In this document: in pieces, positions 49,354 to 60,133 of the stretch
Layout of the letters: the number at the start of each line of letters is the position of its first letter
Numbering within the stretch: position 1 is the first letter of the stretch
From: Blastocatellia bacterium
Lineage (GTDB): Bacteria > Acidobacteriota > Blastocatellia > UBA7656
NCBI GenBank assembly: GCA_963765495.1
Contig: CAVXWP010000009.1
Coordinates: 1-64,000 of the forward strand
Direction of reading: 5' to 3'
DNA length: 64,000 nucleotides
Translations under genes and position numbers: made by a program
Notes under the pieces: model-generated
The model's input: the letters and a program-made list of their open reading frames with translations, nothing else
Databases searched by the model: none
What the model was told of the DNA's origin: nothing

Positions 49354-49644
49354 TAGCTTTCCCGCGATATTCTCGTCTCGATTAATTCCAGTTTTCTGAT
49401 TCCGAGCGGTGATAACAAATGTAGATAGCTGACCGGCCCCATCCGTCTTATAGGTAATATTTGATGCACCTTTAATACAGAAGTATTCTTTCCAAAAGGT
49501 TAGAATAGCTGATCGCCTTGCAGAATCAAGAGGCTTCAGATCGACACTATTGAGTAGCCCCATATATATAGTAGTTCCCTGAAAAGAATCACTGCGAGAC
49601 TGTGCTACAGTTCGAGCGTAAGTCTTCGCAGTTTCTTCATCTTT

Positions 49645-49942
49645 TAATACGCTCAAGAATCAGGGTTATCATTTTGAGCACAACTACGGGCACGGGATGA
49701 AACACCTGGCGACAGTGCTGGCGATTGTGATGTTAATGGCCTTTACGGTAGACCAAATCCAGCAACATTGTAGCCGCTTGTTTCAGCAATTGTGGAAAGG
49801 ATTGGGGACGAAGAGCAAGCTGTGGTTTTCGATGCGCAATCTCTTCAGTGTACTTGTTTTTGAGTCAATGGAAGGATTGCACCGACACATGGGATCACTC
49901 TATCGTTTGCAAATAGAGTGATTTCCGTATTGAGAATTGCTG
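49645..49942 (+). pseudogene. ISNCY-type transposase 3' fragment with right inverted repeat
   Basis: FNTLKNQGYHFEHNYGHG..HLATV..LAFTVDQIQQ; ends GAGAATTGCTG. Confidence 0.75.
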
Positions 49943-50194
49943 GCACCCAACCAAACTCAGCTAAAAAGCCCTTTATATGAAGGGACATCAGAGATTCAAA
50001 GACTCGTAATCGCAAATCAATTGTTGAAATAGGAGCCAATACCAAATCTTTTCAGATGATTAAGTTTGACATTCGAATTCGTAGAATCATAGAGATTTTC
50101 AAAACGCAGGTTAGAATAATTGAGATACGCCGCATCCGCGTTCGTCCCGGCCTATCCTCCTCTGTCTTTCATTCATACTCACTAACGGCGCTTA

Positions 50195-51043
50195 CTACTT
50201 ATCAAAATGTGATTGTATTTGTTCAAGCAATTGTTCAGCCATGTACTTAAAAGGATTTATCAATGGGTTTGAGGAATTCTCTCCACTCTCTTTGAGTTGT
50301 AGTTCCAGTTTATCCGAAATCGAAATTAGAGATTCGTACTCCTGCGTCGCCGCTTCTCTGTTTCCGCTCTTGATAAGGAGTTCCCCTATGCCGATATGGG
50401 CCGTAATATCGTACGGGTTCAAATGAACGGCCTGTCTGAAGGCTTCCAGTGCTTCGTCATATTCCTTCAAACCCATGGACGCAGTTCCCAATCCAACATA
50501 CGCCTCGCCAAAATCAACTTTGATTTGTAGCGCGTTCTTGAAGGCTTTTTTTGCGAGTTTCAGGTCTTTTTCCGTCTCCGGCAATATGACCTTGTCATCA
50601 AGCTTTTCGCGCAAATAATAGTACCCCATATAGAGATATGCATCAGCATAATTCGGTTTAAGCTGGATGGCTTTTTCAATGGCTTCCAATGCTTTATCCT
50701 GCTTCCCCAGGTTTACATACGCTTTCGAAATTCCAAAGTAAGCTTCGGCATAATCGGGCTTGAGCGAAATTGCCTGCAAGTATTCATTGGCGATTTCTTT
50801 TGGAGTATCAGATTTCTGTGGCCCATTTGAAAGGGCCTCGGCAAGATGAAAGTGCGCATCGGCTGAATCAGGGTGAGCTGCAACTTCCTGTCGCCCTTTG
50901 TCTACAGCGTCCAGAAGGATTTTTGTTTGCTCCTGGGCCTGTTTCATCCAGTCGCTCATGGTATCTTTCGGCCCGGCGCTTTGTTTCTCCTGTGCTTGAG
51001 CAAGCGTGGGAAGAAAAAACAGCGCGATCAAGATGTATTTCAT
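50195..51043 (-). CDS. Secreted TPR protein
   Basis: Signal peptide and repeated AI.LKPDYAEAY units. Confidence 0.9.
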   Translation of the reverse strand: MKYILIALFFLPTLAQAQEKQSAGPKDTMSDWMKQAQEQTKILLDAVDKGRQEVAAHPDSADAHFHLAEALSNGPQKSDTPKEIANEYLQAISLKPDYAEAYFGISKAYVNLGKQDKALEAIEKAIQLKPNYADAYLYMGYYYLREKLDDKVILPETEKDLKLAKKAFKNALQIKVDFGEAYVGLGTASMGLKEYDEALEAFRQAVHLNPYDITAHIGIGELLIKSGNREAATQEYESLISISDKLELQLKESGENSSNPLINPFKYMAEQLLEQIQSHFDK

Positions 51044-51136
51044 TTCATCTCCTCTTCTCCGGCTATTTATTCGATTTTATGCAAAATTTCCTGTGCCAGG
51101 ATAACGCGCAAGCGTCTAAGACGGCTTCACTATAAA

Positions 51137-52195
51137 TCAACTCCCCGGCGGCTCATTTTTTAGGAGATTCAAGCCTTCGACGAGCGGCGGGAATTCAAGC
51201 AGGTTTTCCTTTTTTACTCCCCATGTCGTAAACAGATGGCCCAATAATCTTCGATCCGCGTGCGCTTCGCCAAATCTTATCAGCGCTTCTGTCGCCTCCG
51301 GACTTTTCCAGCCTGATGGAAGCACGCGGAACCCTTTTTCAAGAAAGAGAGGTATGGAAGGGTAAGTATCTCTAATTTCGTAATGCCAGGGACAAATAAT
51401 TATATCCTTCGGGATCAGGTCAATGGCTGCGGCGGTTCCATTCGTTGATGATTCCCATTCGCCAAAATCATATTTCTCGCCGTCAATCAACCGATCACCC
51501 CACATCAACATTTCCACGTGGCGTTTCTTTACAAGATGATCGTAAATATCGTTGACCGCTCGGGCAAAAAGCTCCGCCGGGTTTTTGCCTCTGGTCGTTG
51601 GAGAATGCTCCGAACCGAGCAAAAAGACTTCGTCCATCCCCACGTGTAGCGCATCGGCTTCAAAGGCGGCAATAATTTCATCGATCAATTCGAAGACGAT
51701 ACGGTTGACTTCCCGGTTCAAGGGGTCCCATTCCCGGCAATATATATCCTTGTTTTCGGGGAAGGCTCCCGGGGTCAAATCGAATTGAGGATAGACGGTC
51801 AGAAGCGGGAAGGTCTCCGATTTCCAGGACTGATGACCGAGGCATTGAAACTCGGGAATCAATCTGATCCCCGATCTGCGGCAGGTTTCGGCAAACTTGC
51901 GGGCTCCTTCCTTCGTGATAGGGTTGCTACCCTGGCGAAGCTCCGGGTGTGACTTGAAATCAAAATGGTAATCAACCTCAAAAACGATCACATTGACTCC
52001 CATATCGGCAAGTTCAGGTATATTTTTGCCCAGCGTTTCCAGATCACCGTCAGTTGTGTAATCGAGCAGGTGTAGGGCTCTCCATTTCGCTTCTCGTTTC
52101 AACCCGGCATAGGGCTTTGGTCGCGGCGCGCACGAGCAGACCGCCACCAGCAGGATAAAAGAAACGAGAAATTTACTAATTTTCATCTGAGACAC
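51137..52195 (-). CDS. GH20-like glycoside hydrolase (lipoprotein)
   Basis: IPEFQCLGH, HVGMDEV and MWGD motifs. Confidence 0.85.
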   Translation of the reverse strand: MSQMKISKFLVSFILLVAVCSCAPRPKPYAGLKREAKWRALHLLDYTTDGDLETLGKNIPELADMGVNVIVFEVDYHFDFKSHPELRQGSNPITKEGARKFAETCRRSGIRLIPEFQCLGHQSWKSETFPLLTVYPQFDLTPGAFPENKDIYCREWDPLNREVNRIVFELIDEIIAAFEADALHVGMDEVFLLGSEHSPTTRGKNPAELFARAVNDIYDHLVKKRHVEMLMWGDRLIDGEKYDFGEWESSTNGTAAAIDLIPKDIIICPWHYEIRDTYPSIPLFLEKGFRVLPSGWKSPEATEALIRFGEAHADRRLLGHLFTTWGVKKENLLEFPPLVEGLNLLKNEPPGS

Positions 52196-52320
52196 CCTTG
52201 TCGGATTTAATATACCCGGTCAGGCCAGCGGTAAGAGACGACCGACCTTCGCGGATCAGATTCGTTACGGCTTCAAGATCACCCGCAAAATACTACTGAC
52301 AATGGATGACGAGCGATGGA

Positions 52321-52791
52321 TTAATTCTCCATATCGTCGAGCGCGTCAAGGACCTCACGGCTGTGAGTGGCGGGGCTGACTTTCTCAAACACGCGGGCGA
52401 TGCGTCCCTTTTCATCAATGATAAAGGTGATTCGCTTGATGCCCCAGTATTTACGCCCGTACATGCTTTTCTCCTGCCACACGCCGTAACTTTCAGCAAG
52501 TTTGTGATCGGTATCCACGAGCAGGGGGAAGTTCAGGCCAAATTTTTCGCTAAATTTCTGATGCGAGCGCTCGTCATCGGTAGAGACGCCGAGCACGACA
52601 CTGTTTCTTCGCTCGAATTCGGCCAGATCGGCCTGGAATCCGCACGCCTCTTTCGTGCAGCCAGAGGTATTATCTCGCGGGTAAAAATAGAGAACTACCC
52701 GCTTGCCTTTGAAATTAGACAGCTTTACCCGACGACCCTCGCCGTCCTTCACATTAAAAGATGGGGCCTTCTCTCCTGCCTTTGGCAACAT
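52321..52791 (-). CDS. bcp: Thioredoxin-dependent peroxiredoxin Bcp
   Basis: [18 protein letters not shown] motif. Confidence 0.93.
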   Translation of the reverse strand: MLPKAGEKAPSFNVKDGEGRRVKLSNFKGKRVVLYFYPRDNTSGCTKEACGFQADLAEFERRNSVVLGVSTDDERSHQKFSEKFGLNFPLLVDTDHKLAESYGVWQEKSMYGRKYWGIKRITFIIDEKGRIARVFEKVSPATHSREVLDALDDMEN

Positions 52792-52937
52792 TGATGTTTT
52801 CTTCTCCTTCAATCTGTTTCGCGCGCTGTGCTAGAATGATGCTTGATTGGAACGATCACTATTATATTGTCGGCTCTCTAAAGAGTCAAAACCGACACGA
52901 GTCAATTGGAAACCTGATAGAAACTGGAGCTTGAGGA

Positions 52938-53531
52938 ATGCGTAAGGAATACATCAGCTATGTGGTAATCGGCATAGTGGCTGGAATAGTTCTGGGATTT
53001 CTGGTGGCGAACTGGACAGGCGCGGGCACGGGCGCGGCTCAACAGACGGTCGCTACAAACGGAGCCTCATCGGAATCCGTAAACAGCAGCAGCAGCCCCG
53101 AACTGCCGCCGGGGCATCCCCCACTCGACAGCGCGCCGACTCAAGCGCCGCCGCTGCCGCCTGGCACCGGGACCGAAGGAACGCCTTCGATGCCTGCCGC
53201 CGAAACAAGCGGATCGGTTGTATTGCCTTCGCTCGATCCGCTCCCCGCCGACAGCAAGGAGGAGCGGGCCGAGCAAAAGTATAAAAACATCCAGCTGCTC
53301 AAAGGGATACCCTCGGATCGGTTGATGAAAATCATGTTTGCCTTCAAAGGCTCGCTCGGCGTCGATTGCACTCACTGCCACATAAAGGATCAGTGGGAAA
53401 AAGACGACAAACCCGAAAAACAGATGGCCCGCAAGATGATCGCCCTCGTGCGCACCGACAACGAAAAGCTGGGCGCTGCCCGCATCTCGTGTTATACCTG
53501 CCATCGCGGACAGGTCAGGCCGCCGCAATAG
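52938..53531 (+). CDS. Membrane-anchored diheme c-type cytochrome
   Basis: TM helix, Pro-rich linker, NIQLL, LGVDCTHCH and SCYTCHRG. Confidence 0.85.
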   Translation: MRKEYISYVVIGIVAGIVLGFLVANWTGAGTGAAQQTVATNGASSESVNSSSSPELPPGHPPLDSAPTQAPPLPPGTGTEGTPSMPAAETSGSVVLPSLDPLPADSKEERAEQKYKNIQLLKGIPSDRLMKIMFAFKGSLGVDCTHCHIKDQWEKDDKPEKQMARKMIALVRTDNEKLGAARISCYTCHRGQVRPPQ

Positions 53532-53584
53532 TAAGTGCCGCAATAGCAAATAATTATGTGTAATGCGCGATTGAGGATCGAGCG

Positions 53585-54175
53585 ATGACCGAAAAGAGCG
53601 AAACAGAACAGACGGAAAGCAAAGCGCAACGGCTGGCGCTCGATACCGGAACCGGCAATATGCCCTTTGGCAGAGAAGAGGTGCTGGACGAACAACAGAT
53701 GGCTTCAAAGCGCGAGGCGCTTCGCTTCTTTCAGGAGGCCTACGAGGCGCAAATGCGCGGCGATCTGGACGAAGCGATTGACCTCTACACTCAGTCAATA
53801 GAGACTTACCCTACGGCCGAAGCCTACACCTTTCGCGGCTGGACCTATTCATTTATGGGGATGGTTGACCGGGCTATAGAAGAGTGTCACCGGGCCATCG
53901 AGGTTGACCCCGACTTTGGGAACCCGTATAACGACATCGGCGCGTACCTGATCGAAAAAGGAGAGACCTACGGCGCGGTCGAGTGGCTCGAACGAGCAAA
54001 GAAAGCCGCGCGCTATGAGGCGTATTTTTACCCGTGTTTCAATCTGGGCCGGGTCTATGAAGCGCAGGGCAGGCTCTGGGATGCGATCAGAGAGTACAAG
54101 GCGGCCATCGATTTGAACCCGGATTACAGGCTCGCGATCCGGGCGTTTAGAAAATTGCAGGGCAGACTCAATTAA
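53585..54175 (+). CDS. TPR protein
   Basis: PTAEAYTF.GW and AIEVDPDFGNPYNDIG motifs. Confidence 0.88.
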   Translation: MTEKSETEQTESKAQRLALDTGTGNMPFGREEVLDEQQMASKREALRFFQEAYEAQMRGDLDEAIDLYTQSIETYPTAEAYTFRGWTYSFMGMVDRAIEECHRAIEVDPDFGNPYNDIGAYLIEKGETYGAVEWLERAKKAARYEAYFYPCFNLGRVYEAQGRLWDAIREYKAAIDLNPDYRLAIRAFRKLQGRLN

Positions 54176-54189
54176 GGAGAGAGGGATTG

Positions 54190-54816
54190 ATGGACGGACT
54201 CAACCCGAGGGGAGGTTGGATAGAGGTAATCACAGGCGGCATGTTCAGCGGCAAGAGCGAAGAATTGATTCGCCGCATACGACGCGCCGAGATAGCACGC
54301 CAGCGCACGCAGATTTTCAAACCCGCGATCGACAACCGCTTCGACGGTAAGCGAATCATCTCGCGGGACAATCGCGGGCTCGACGCCCTGGCCGTCGGCA
54401 ACGCATCCGAGCTTCGCGCCAACATCTCGTTCGGCGTAAAGGTAATCGGCATAGACGAGGTGCAATTTTTTGACGACCCCATACTGGATGTCTGCATGGA
54501 GATGGCCGATGCGGGCGTGCGCGTGATTGCGGCCGGGCTTGATCAGGACTACCTGCGCCGACCCTTTGGCCCAATGCCGGCGCTTCTTGCGGTGGCGGAA
54601 TACGTCTCAAAGATGCACGCCGTCTGCGTACGCTGTGGAGGGCTTGCGCATTACACGCAACGGGTTTCGGGCGGCGATTCACAGATCGAGATAGGCGATG
54701 TTTCTTATGAAGCGCGATGTCGGCTCTGTTACGAGCCTTATCGCGCGGAGTCCCATCCAGAACATAACGGAAGACCTGCGGGCGCAATTGTGGGCGCACT
54801 CACGAACTCGGAATAA
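54190..54816 (+). CDS. tdk: Thymidine kinase
   Basis: GGMFSGKSEEL, IDEVQF, AGLDQD and YEARCR motifs. Confidence 0.96.
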   Translation: MDGLNPRGGWIEVITGGMFSGKSEELIRRIRRAEIARQRTQIFKPAIDNRFDGKRIISRDNRGLDALAVGNASELRANISFGVKVIGIDEVQFFDDPILDVCMEMADAGVRVIAAGLDQDYLRRPFGPMPALLAVAEYVSKMHAVCVRCGGLAHYTQRVSGGDSQIEIGDVSYEARCRLCYEPYRAESHPEHNGRPAGAIVGALTNSE

Positions 54817-54873
54817 GTTCCCGGCGCTTCGAAGGAATAAGTCTCACCAAACGATTGGATCAATAAAAAGACT

Positions 54874-55866
54874 ATGCACGTATTTGAGTTGACCAGGCAT
54901 TTGATTGCCATTCCATCCATCAGCGGCGACGAAGAGGATGTCGTCGAGTTTCTGGCCGAGTATCTGATTCGCGCCGGGTTTGAAGTGGAGCTCCAGCCCG
55001 TAGCCGACAACCGGTCAAATGTTTACGCACGCCTCGGCGACCCCGTTGTCGTGATGTCAACGCACAGCGACACCGTGCCGCCTTACATCGAATTCAGAGA
55101 AGACGAGGAGTATATTTACGGTCGCGGTGCCTGCGACGCCAAGGGCATAATCGCGGCGATGATAAAGGCGGCCGAGAAGTTAAAAGAGAGGGGCACCGTG
55201 GATTTCGGATTGCTGTTTGTGGTGGGCGAAGAGGCAAGCAGCCCCGGAGCACTTGAGGCCAATGCCATAGCGAACCGCTCGCGCTTCTTGATAAACGGCG
55301 AGCCGACCCGCTCTCGTATCGCGCTGGGGTCGAAAGGCGCGCTTCGCGCCCTGATCAAGGTCACGGGACGCGCAGCCCATTCCGCCTACCCCGAGATGGG
55401 AGTGTCGGCTGTGGACAAACTGCTCGAAATTCTCGCTGACCTCAAGCGCGAGCCTATGCCCACGGACGAGACGCTTGGCCCCACTACGATGAATATAGGC
55501 GTCATCAAAGGCGGAGTCGCGGCCAACGTCATACCTCCTATGGCGGAGGCCGAATTAATGTTTCGCGTCGTAAGCAGCACAGATGCGCTCAAGCGCATCA
55601 TAGAGCGCGTAATCAAGGATCGAGCCGAAGTGGAATACACATTTGCCTGCGACCCCGTCTTTACGGAGCGAGTCGCAGGGTTCGACACAGACGTGGTGTC
55701 GTTCACAACCGATATACCGCTTTTGAACCGATGGGGCAGACCCGTACTGTTTGGCCCCGGCTCCATACTTGACGCGCACACGGCGCATGAGAAAATCTCT
55801 AAGCGAGAACTCTCCGCGGCCGTAGACGCTTACGCAGAGATGGTAACAAGACTACAGAAGGGATGA
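54874..55866 (+). CDS. M20 family deacylase (ArgE/DapE-like)
   Basis: HSDTV, GRGACDAKG, GEE, GEPT and AHT motifs; lies next to the dap genes. Confidence 0.88.
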   Translation: MHVFELTRHLIAIPSISGDEEDVVEFLAEYLIRAGFEVELQPVADNRSNVYARLGDPVVVMSTHSDTVPPYIEFREDEEYIYGRGACDAKGIIAAMIKAAEKLKERGTVDFGLLFVVGEEASSPGALEANAIANRSRFLINGEPTRSRIALGSKGALRALIKVTGRAAHSAYPEMGVSAVDKLLEILADLKREPMPTDETLGPTTMNIGVIKGGVAANVIPPMAEAELMFRVVSSTDALKRIIERVIKDRAEVEYTFACDPVFTERVAGFDTDVVSFTTDIPLLNRWGRPVLFGPGSILDAHTAHEKISKRELSAAVDAYAEMVTRLQKG

Positions 55867-55980
55867 GGGATGAGGGATGAGGGATGAAAAGGACTCTGGG
55901 GAAACATTTCGATTAATGCGGTTGACCTTATAATCGAGAGCTACCCTGACGGTCCTTTTCATCCCTCATCCCTCATCCCT
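55860..55980. repeat. Inverted heptamer tandem repeat (GGGATGA)n/(TCATCCC)n
   Basis: Read directly from the sequence; intergenic hairpin. Confidence 0.85.
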
Positions 55981-55999
55981 CCAAAGGGGTGTGCATCTG

Positions 56000-57052
56000 A
56001 TGGCAAACAAGATACCCGTCGGGGTGTTAGGCGCGACCGGGGCGGTCGGGCAAAAATTTATCATGCTGCTTGAGAACCATCCCTGGTTCGAGCTTACCGA
56101 GATAGCCGCTTCGGACCGCTCGGTGGGCAAGAAATACAAAGACGCAACCACGTGGCGGCAGTACACGCCTATCCCCGAAAAGATCAAAGAAAAACAGGTC
56201 AAAGCGTGCGAGCCGGGTCTTGATTGTAGGCTGGTATTTTCCGGCCTCGACTCATCGGTTGCCGGCGAGGTCGAAGAGGATTTTGCCCGCGCGGGTTATC
56301 TCGTTCTCAGCAACTCGAAGAATCATCGCATGGATGAAGACGTGCCTCTGCTTGTGCCGGAGATCAATCCCGACCATCTGGGCCTGATAGAGGCGCAGCG
56401 CCGGGCGCGCAACTGGACCGGCGCTATCGTGACAAATCCCAACTGCTCTACGATTGGGCTTGTGATGGCGCTCGCCCCGATTCACTATACATTCGGCGTG
56501 CGTCGTCTGATAGTCGCAACCATGCAGGCGATATCGGGCGCGGGTTATCCCGGAATTTCAGCGATAGACATGCTTGGCAACGTGATCCCCTTCATCGGCG
56601 GCGAAGAAGATAAGGTCGAAACCGAACCGCGCAAAATAATGGGCTCGCTCGACGCTGATCGGATTCGCTTCGCCGATTTTGCCATCAGCGCGCATACGAA
56701 TCGCGTCTTTGTCGAAGACGGTCATATGGAATGCGTGTCGGTCGAGTTGGAAAAGAAAGCCTCTCCCGAAGAAGTGGCACAGGCGCTCGCCGGTTTCAGC
56801 GCGCTTCCGCAAGAGTTGAAACTGCCGACCGCACCCACCCGCCCCGTGATAGTGACGGATGAGCGCGACCGTCCGCAGCCCCGATTCGACCGCGACGCGG
56901 GGCACGGCATGAGCGCAGTCGTCGGGCGCGTGCGTACGTGCCCGGTCTTCGATATTCGTTTCGTAGTCCTTTCCCACAACACGATAAGGGGTGCAGCCGG
57001 GGCCGCCATCCTTAACGCCGAATTGATGAAGGCCAAAGGCTATCTGCAATAG
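56000..57052 (+). CDS. asd: Aspartate-semialdehyde dehydrogenase
   Basis: LGATGAVG, NPNCST, QAISGAG and HNTIRGAAG motifs. Confidence 0.96.
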   Translation: MANKIPVGVLGATGAVGQKFIMLLENHPWFELTEIAASDRSVGKKYKDATTWRQYTPIPEKIKEKQVKACEPGLDCRLVFSGLDSSVAGEVEEDFARAGYLVLSNSKNHRMDEDVPLLVPEINPDHLGLIEAQRRARNWTGAIVTNPNCSTIGLVMALAPIHYTFGVRRLIVATMQAISGAGYPGISAIDMLGNVIPFIGGEEDKVETEPRKIMGSLDADRIRFADFAISAHTNRVFVEDGHMECVSVELEKKASPEEVAQALAGFSALPQELKLPTAPTRPVIVTDERDRPQPRFDRDAGHGMSAVVGRVRTCPVFDIRFVVLSHNTIRGAAGAAILNAELMKAKGYLQ

Positions 57053-57082
57053 GCTCAATCTGACAGAGAATCTGAAAAGCTT

Positions 57083-58486
57083 ATGATAGTGATGAAATTT
57101 GGCGGCACCTCGGTTGAGGATGCCGCCTCGGTCGAGCGCGTGGCCCAGATAATCCGGGAGCGGCTTTCGCTCAGACCCGTCGTAGTGGTCTCGGCGATGG
57201 GAAAGACTACGCGCAAACTGCTTCAGGCGGCCGAGCACTCGGCGGCGGGCGACAGCCGCACAACCCTCGGGATAGTAGCCGACCTAAAGGCCCGCCACAC
57301 AAGCGAAGCGCGCCGACTGATCGGCACATCGAGCGCTCGTGAAACCTTCGATCTGATTGACCGGTACTTTGACGAGTTAAAGAAGCTTCTCGAAGGATTG
57401 GCGATCCTCGGAGAAGTGCCGCCGCGCGGTCTTGATAAGATTCTCTCTTACGGAGAGTTGCTCTCTTCGGCGATAGTCGCGGGCGCGATAAATGAAAGAG
57501 GCATCCTCGCACGTCTTCTCGACTCGCGCGAGTTTATCAAGACCGATGATCGCTTTGGCGAAGCCTCTCCGCTTTTCGAAATCACAAACCAGCTGATTAA
57601 AGAGACGATAGCTCCGGCAATCGAACGCGGCGAGGTTCCTGTAATTCAGGGGTTTATCGGCTCTACCCGAGCGGGCGCAACCACTACGCTTGGCTTCGAA
57701 GGTTCAGATTACACGGCGGCCATCGTAGGCGCGGCGATGGAGGCCGCAGACATTCAGATATGGAAAGACGTATCGGGGTTGATGACCGCCGACCCCGCCG
57801 TCTTTGCGGGCGCTCGCACGGTGAAAACCTGTACGTTTGCCGAGGCGGGAGAGCTGACTTATTTCGGGGCGAAGGTGCTCCACCCCAAAGCGATCTACCC
57901 GGCAGCGCGCAAAAATATCTCCGTCCATATTTACAATTCGAAACGGCCCACGGCTACAGGCACGTCCATAAACGCATCGGCCCCGGCGTGCGCGAACCTG
58001 ATAAAATCGATAGCCTACAAACGCCCCGTGAGCGTAATCAACGTCGCCTATGAGACAAGCCCCGAGCAGATGCTTGCCGTTTCCTCCGACGATTTTCTGA
58101 GAACACTTTTTGATGTGCTCAGCAGGCGACGCATACGCCCGCTACTGACGGCTGTTTCGGCTTCGCGGGCGGCGCTTGCGGTGGACTCAATCGCGATTGC
58201 CGATGGAGACGAACGCAGCCTGATCGAAGAATTATCGAGATTTGCCCGCGTCAGCGTAGAGTCAAACAGGGCTATCGTGTCTTTAGTAGGTCAGGAACTG
58301 GGCAGCGACCCGAAGCTTACGGCCCGCGTCTTTAAGGCGATTGAAGAGACGAGGCTTGGAGTGATAATGCACGGCTCTTCGCCAATCAGCATGAGTTTCA
58401 TCGTTGCCGATCACGATGTAGAAACCGTGATAGCCAGATTGCACGAGATATTTTTCGACAAGCTCGACCCACAGGTGTTTGAGTGA
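57083..58486 (+). CDS. lysC: Aspartokinase
   Basis: MKFGGTSV, VVVSAM, TTLG..GSDYTA and GAKVLHP motifs; ACT domains. Confidence 0.95.
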   Translation: MIVMKFGGTSVEDAASVERVAQIIRERLSLRPVVVVSAMGKTTRKLLQAAEHSAAGDSRTTLGIVADLKARHTSEARRLIGTSSARETFDLIDRYFDELKKLLEGLAILGEVPPRGLDKILSYGELLSSAIVAGAINERGILARLLDSREFIKTDDRFGEASPLFEITNQLIKETIAPAIERGEVPVIQGFIGSTRAGATTTLGFEGSDYTAAIVGAAMEAADIQIWKDVSGLMTADPAVFAGARTVKTCTFAEAGELTYFGAKVLHPKAIYPAARKNISVHIYNSKRPTATGTSINASAPACANLIKSIAYKRPVSVINVAYETSPEQMLAVSSDDFLRTLFDVLSRRRIRPLLTAVSASRAALAVDSIAIADGDERSLIEELSRFARVSVESNRAIVSLVGQELGSDPKLTARVFKAIEETRLGVIMHGSSPISMSFIVADHDVETVIARLHEIFFDKLDPQVFE

Positions 58487-58650
58487 TCTAAATTCAAAAA
58501 GAGAGATTGTTCGCCACAGAGACATAGAAATTTTTGTTCTCTTTTCTCTGTCTCTGTGTCTTTGTGGCAACTGCTAAACTCTTTACAGAAGTTTGGCTCT
58601 TCGCGGGTAGTTCGCGTATCATTAATAGCTCCAGCGTTACTATTGATAAG

Positions 58651-59247
58651 ATGGAAGATCAGAATTTCATGGCAATAATATCGAAATCATTTCTTCGAGC
58701 AGGCGCAATCTTCGCTCTTGGGATCGCACTCGTTTCCGTTCATATGGCCGAGCCAAATTCGGCGGCGGCCAGAAACTCATCCAGAAACTCATCCAGAAAC
58801 TCATCCAGAAACTCATCCAGAAACTCATGGCGAGGCATTACGCCTCTCAGATCGTCGTCAGCCGATGTGGCCAGAGTCCTTGAACTGGACTCCGACCCGT
58901 CAGATGGGATGTTGACCGGCCCTTTTGAAGTGGAAGGCGGCGAGGTGACTTTCTCTTATCTGACTCCGACTCTTGCGAAGGAGTATCGCGCCCCGCGCTC
59001 GATGATAGGCAAGGTCTTTACAATCTACTTCAAACCCGGCGGCACGATTTCGCGTGACGAACTCAAGCTCACACGCGATTTCAAACGATGCGTCGAGAAA
59101 TGGACCAGAAGCTCTTACTATCTGGTCTGCGCGTCTGGAATCGCTTATCAACTGCGCCGCGCTGATGACAGCGTCGAATCGATAATTTACCAGCCGTCGA
59201 GCGGCGAAGTCCGGCGGCTCGCGGTCAACACTGAATGCGTGTTTTAA
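58651..59247 (+). CDS. Secreted hypothetical protein
   Basis: Signal-like segment, WRGITPLRSS motif, internal 12-bp repeat; the start is uncertain. Confidence 0.7.
   Translation: MEDQNFMAIISKSFLRAGAIFALGIALVSVHMAEPNSAAARNSSRNSSRNSSRNSSRNSWRGITPLRSSSADVARVLELDSDPSDGMLTGPFEVEGGEVTFSYLTPTLAKEYRAPRSMIGKVFTIYFKPGGTISRDELKLTRDFKRCVEKWTRSSYYLVCASGIAYQLRRADDSVESIIYQPSSGEVRRLAVNTECVF
58769..58828 (+). repeat. In-frame tandem repeat (CCAGAAACTCAT)x5
   Basis: Five perfect copies encoding RNSS. Confidence 0.95.
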
Positions 59248-59320
59248 CAGGGGCCAGGGGTCGGGGGCCGGTGAAAGCCTTCTCGCCCTGATCCCTGACC
59301 CTGATCCCTGACCCCTGATT

Positions 59321-60007
59321 ATGAAAATAGCACTGCTTGGATACGGCAAGATGGGGCGGATGGTTGAAGAGGCCGCTCAGAGGAACGGCATCGAGGTCGC
59401 CTGTGTCATTGACCCCGTTGCCGGTTCGCGCGGTCAAATCACCGATGCCCGGGTATGCGTAGATTTTTCGGAACCTGGCGCAGTGATTGAAAATATCAGG
59501 CTCGTAGCAGGTGCGGGCCGTTCGATGGTCGTGGGCACTACGGGCTGGTACGACCGGATGGATGAAGCCCGCCGGATTGTGGAAGAGGTTGAAATCGGAT
59601 TTGTCTACGGCTCGAATTTCAGCATCGGCGTCAATCTGATGTTTCAGATCGTGCGGCGCGCTTCCCAGCTATTCAGCCGGTTTTCGATTTACGATCCATT
59701 CATCGAAGAGGCCCATCACAAATTCAAGAAAGATGCGCCGTCGGGCACGGCCATCTTTCTGAAGCGAATAGTCGAAGCCGAATACGGCTGCGAAACGCCT
59801 ACTGCCAGCACACGCGCCGGTTACATTCCGGGCACACACACGGTCGGGTTCGATTCCGAAGCCGATACTCTTGAAATCACTCACACGGCGCGCAACCGCG
59901 CGGGGTTTGCGGAAGGCGCAATACTTGCCGCCCGCTGGATAGCGGATCGCAAAGGCTTTTATGAATTCTCAGAAGTGATAAGCGAACAGTTGAAAAGCGA
60001 TACGTGA
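59321..60007 (+). CDS. dapB: 4-hydroxy-tetrahydrodipicolinate reductase
   Basis: GYGKMG, VGTTGW, NFSIG and EAHHKFKKDAPSGTA motifs. Confidence 0.96.
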   Translation: MKIALLGYGKMGRMVEEAAQRNGIEVACVIDPVAGSRGQITDARVCVDFSEPGAVIENIRLVAGAGRSMVVGTTGWYDRMDEARRIVEEVEIGFVYGSNFSIGVNLMFQIVRRASQLFSRFSIYDPFIEEAHHKFKKDAPSGTAIFLKRIVEAEYGCETPTASTRAGYIPGTHTVGFDSEADTLEITHTARNRAGFAEGAILAARWIADRKGFYEFSEVISEQLKSDT

Positions 60008-60133
60008 TTCGTGATTCGTGACTTTGAGACGAAAGGCTTTTCCCAGTCACGTGCAGATCTCACCAATCACGCATCACGCATCACGTATCACTTTTCACGT
60101 ATCAGTGATCGCATCATCGAAAGGAAAAAGACG

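Noticed and set aside
47718-50194. attI / intI at the head of the - strand arm
   Set aside because: There is no tyrosine recombinase ORF or recognisable attI, only IS elements and gene fragments.
52938-53531. Evidence of phototrophy from the reaction-centre-cytochrome-like protein
   Set aside because: It is only a small diheme domain with no photosynthesis genes nearby.
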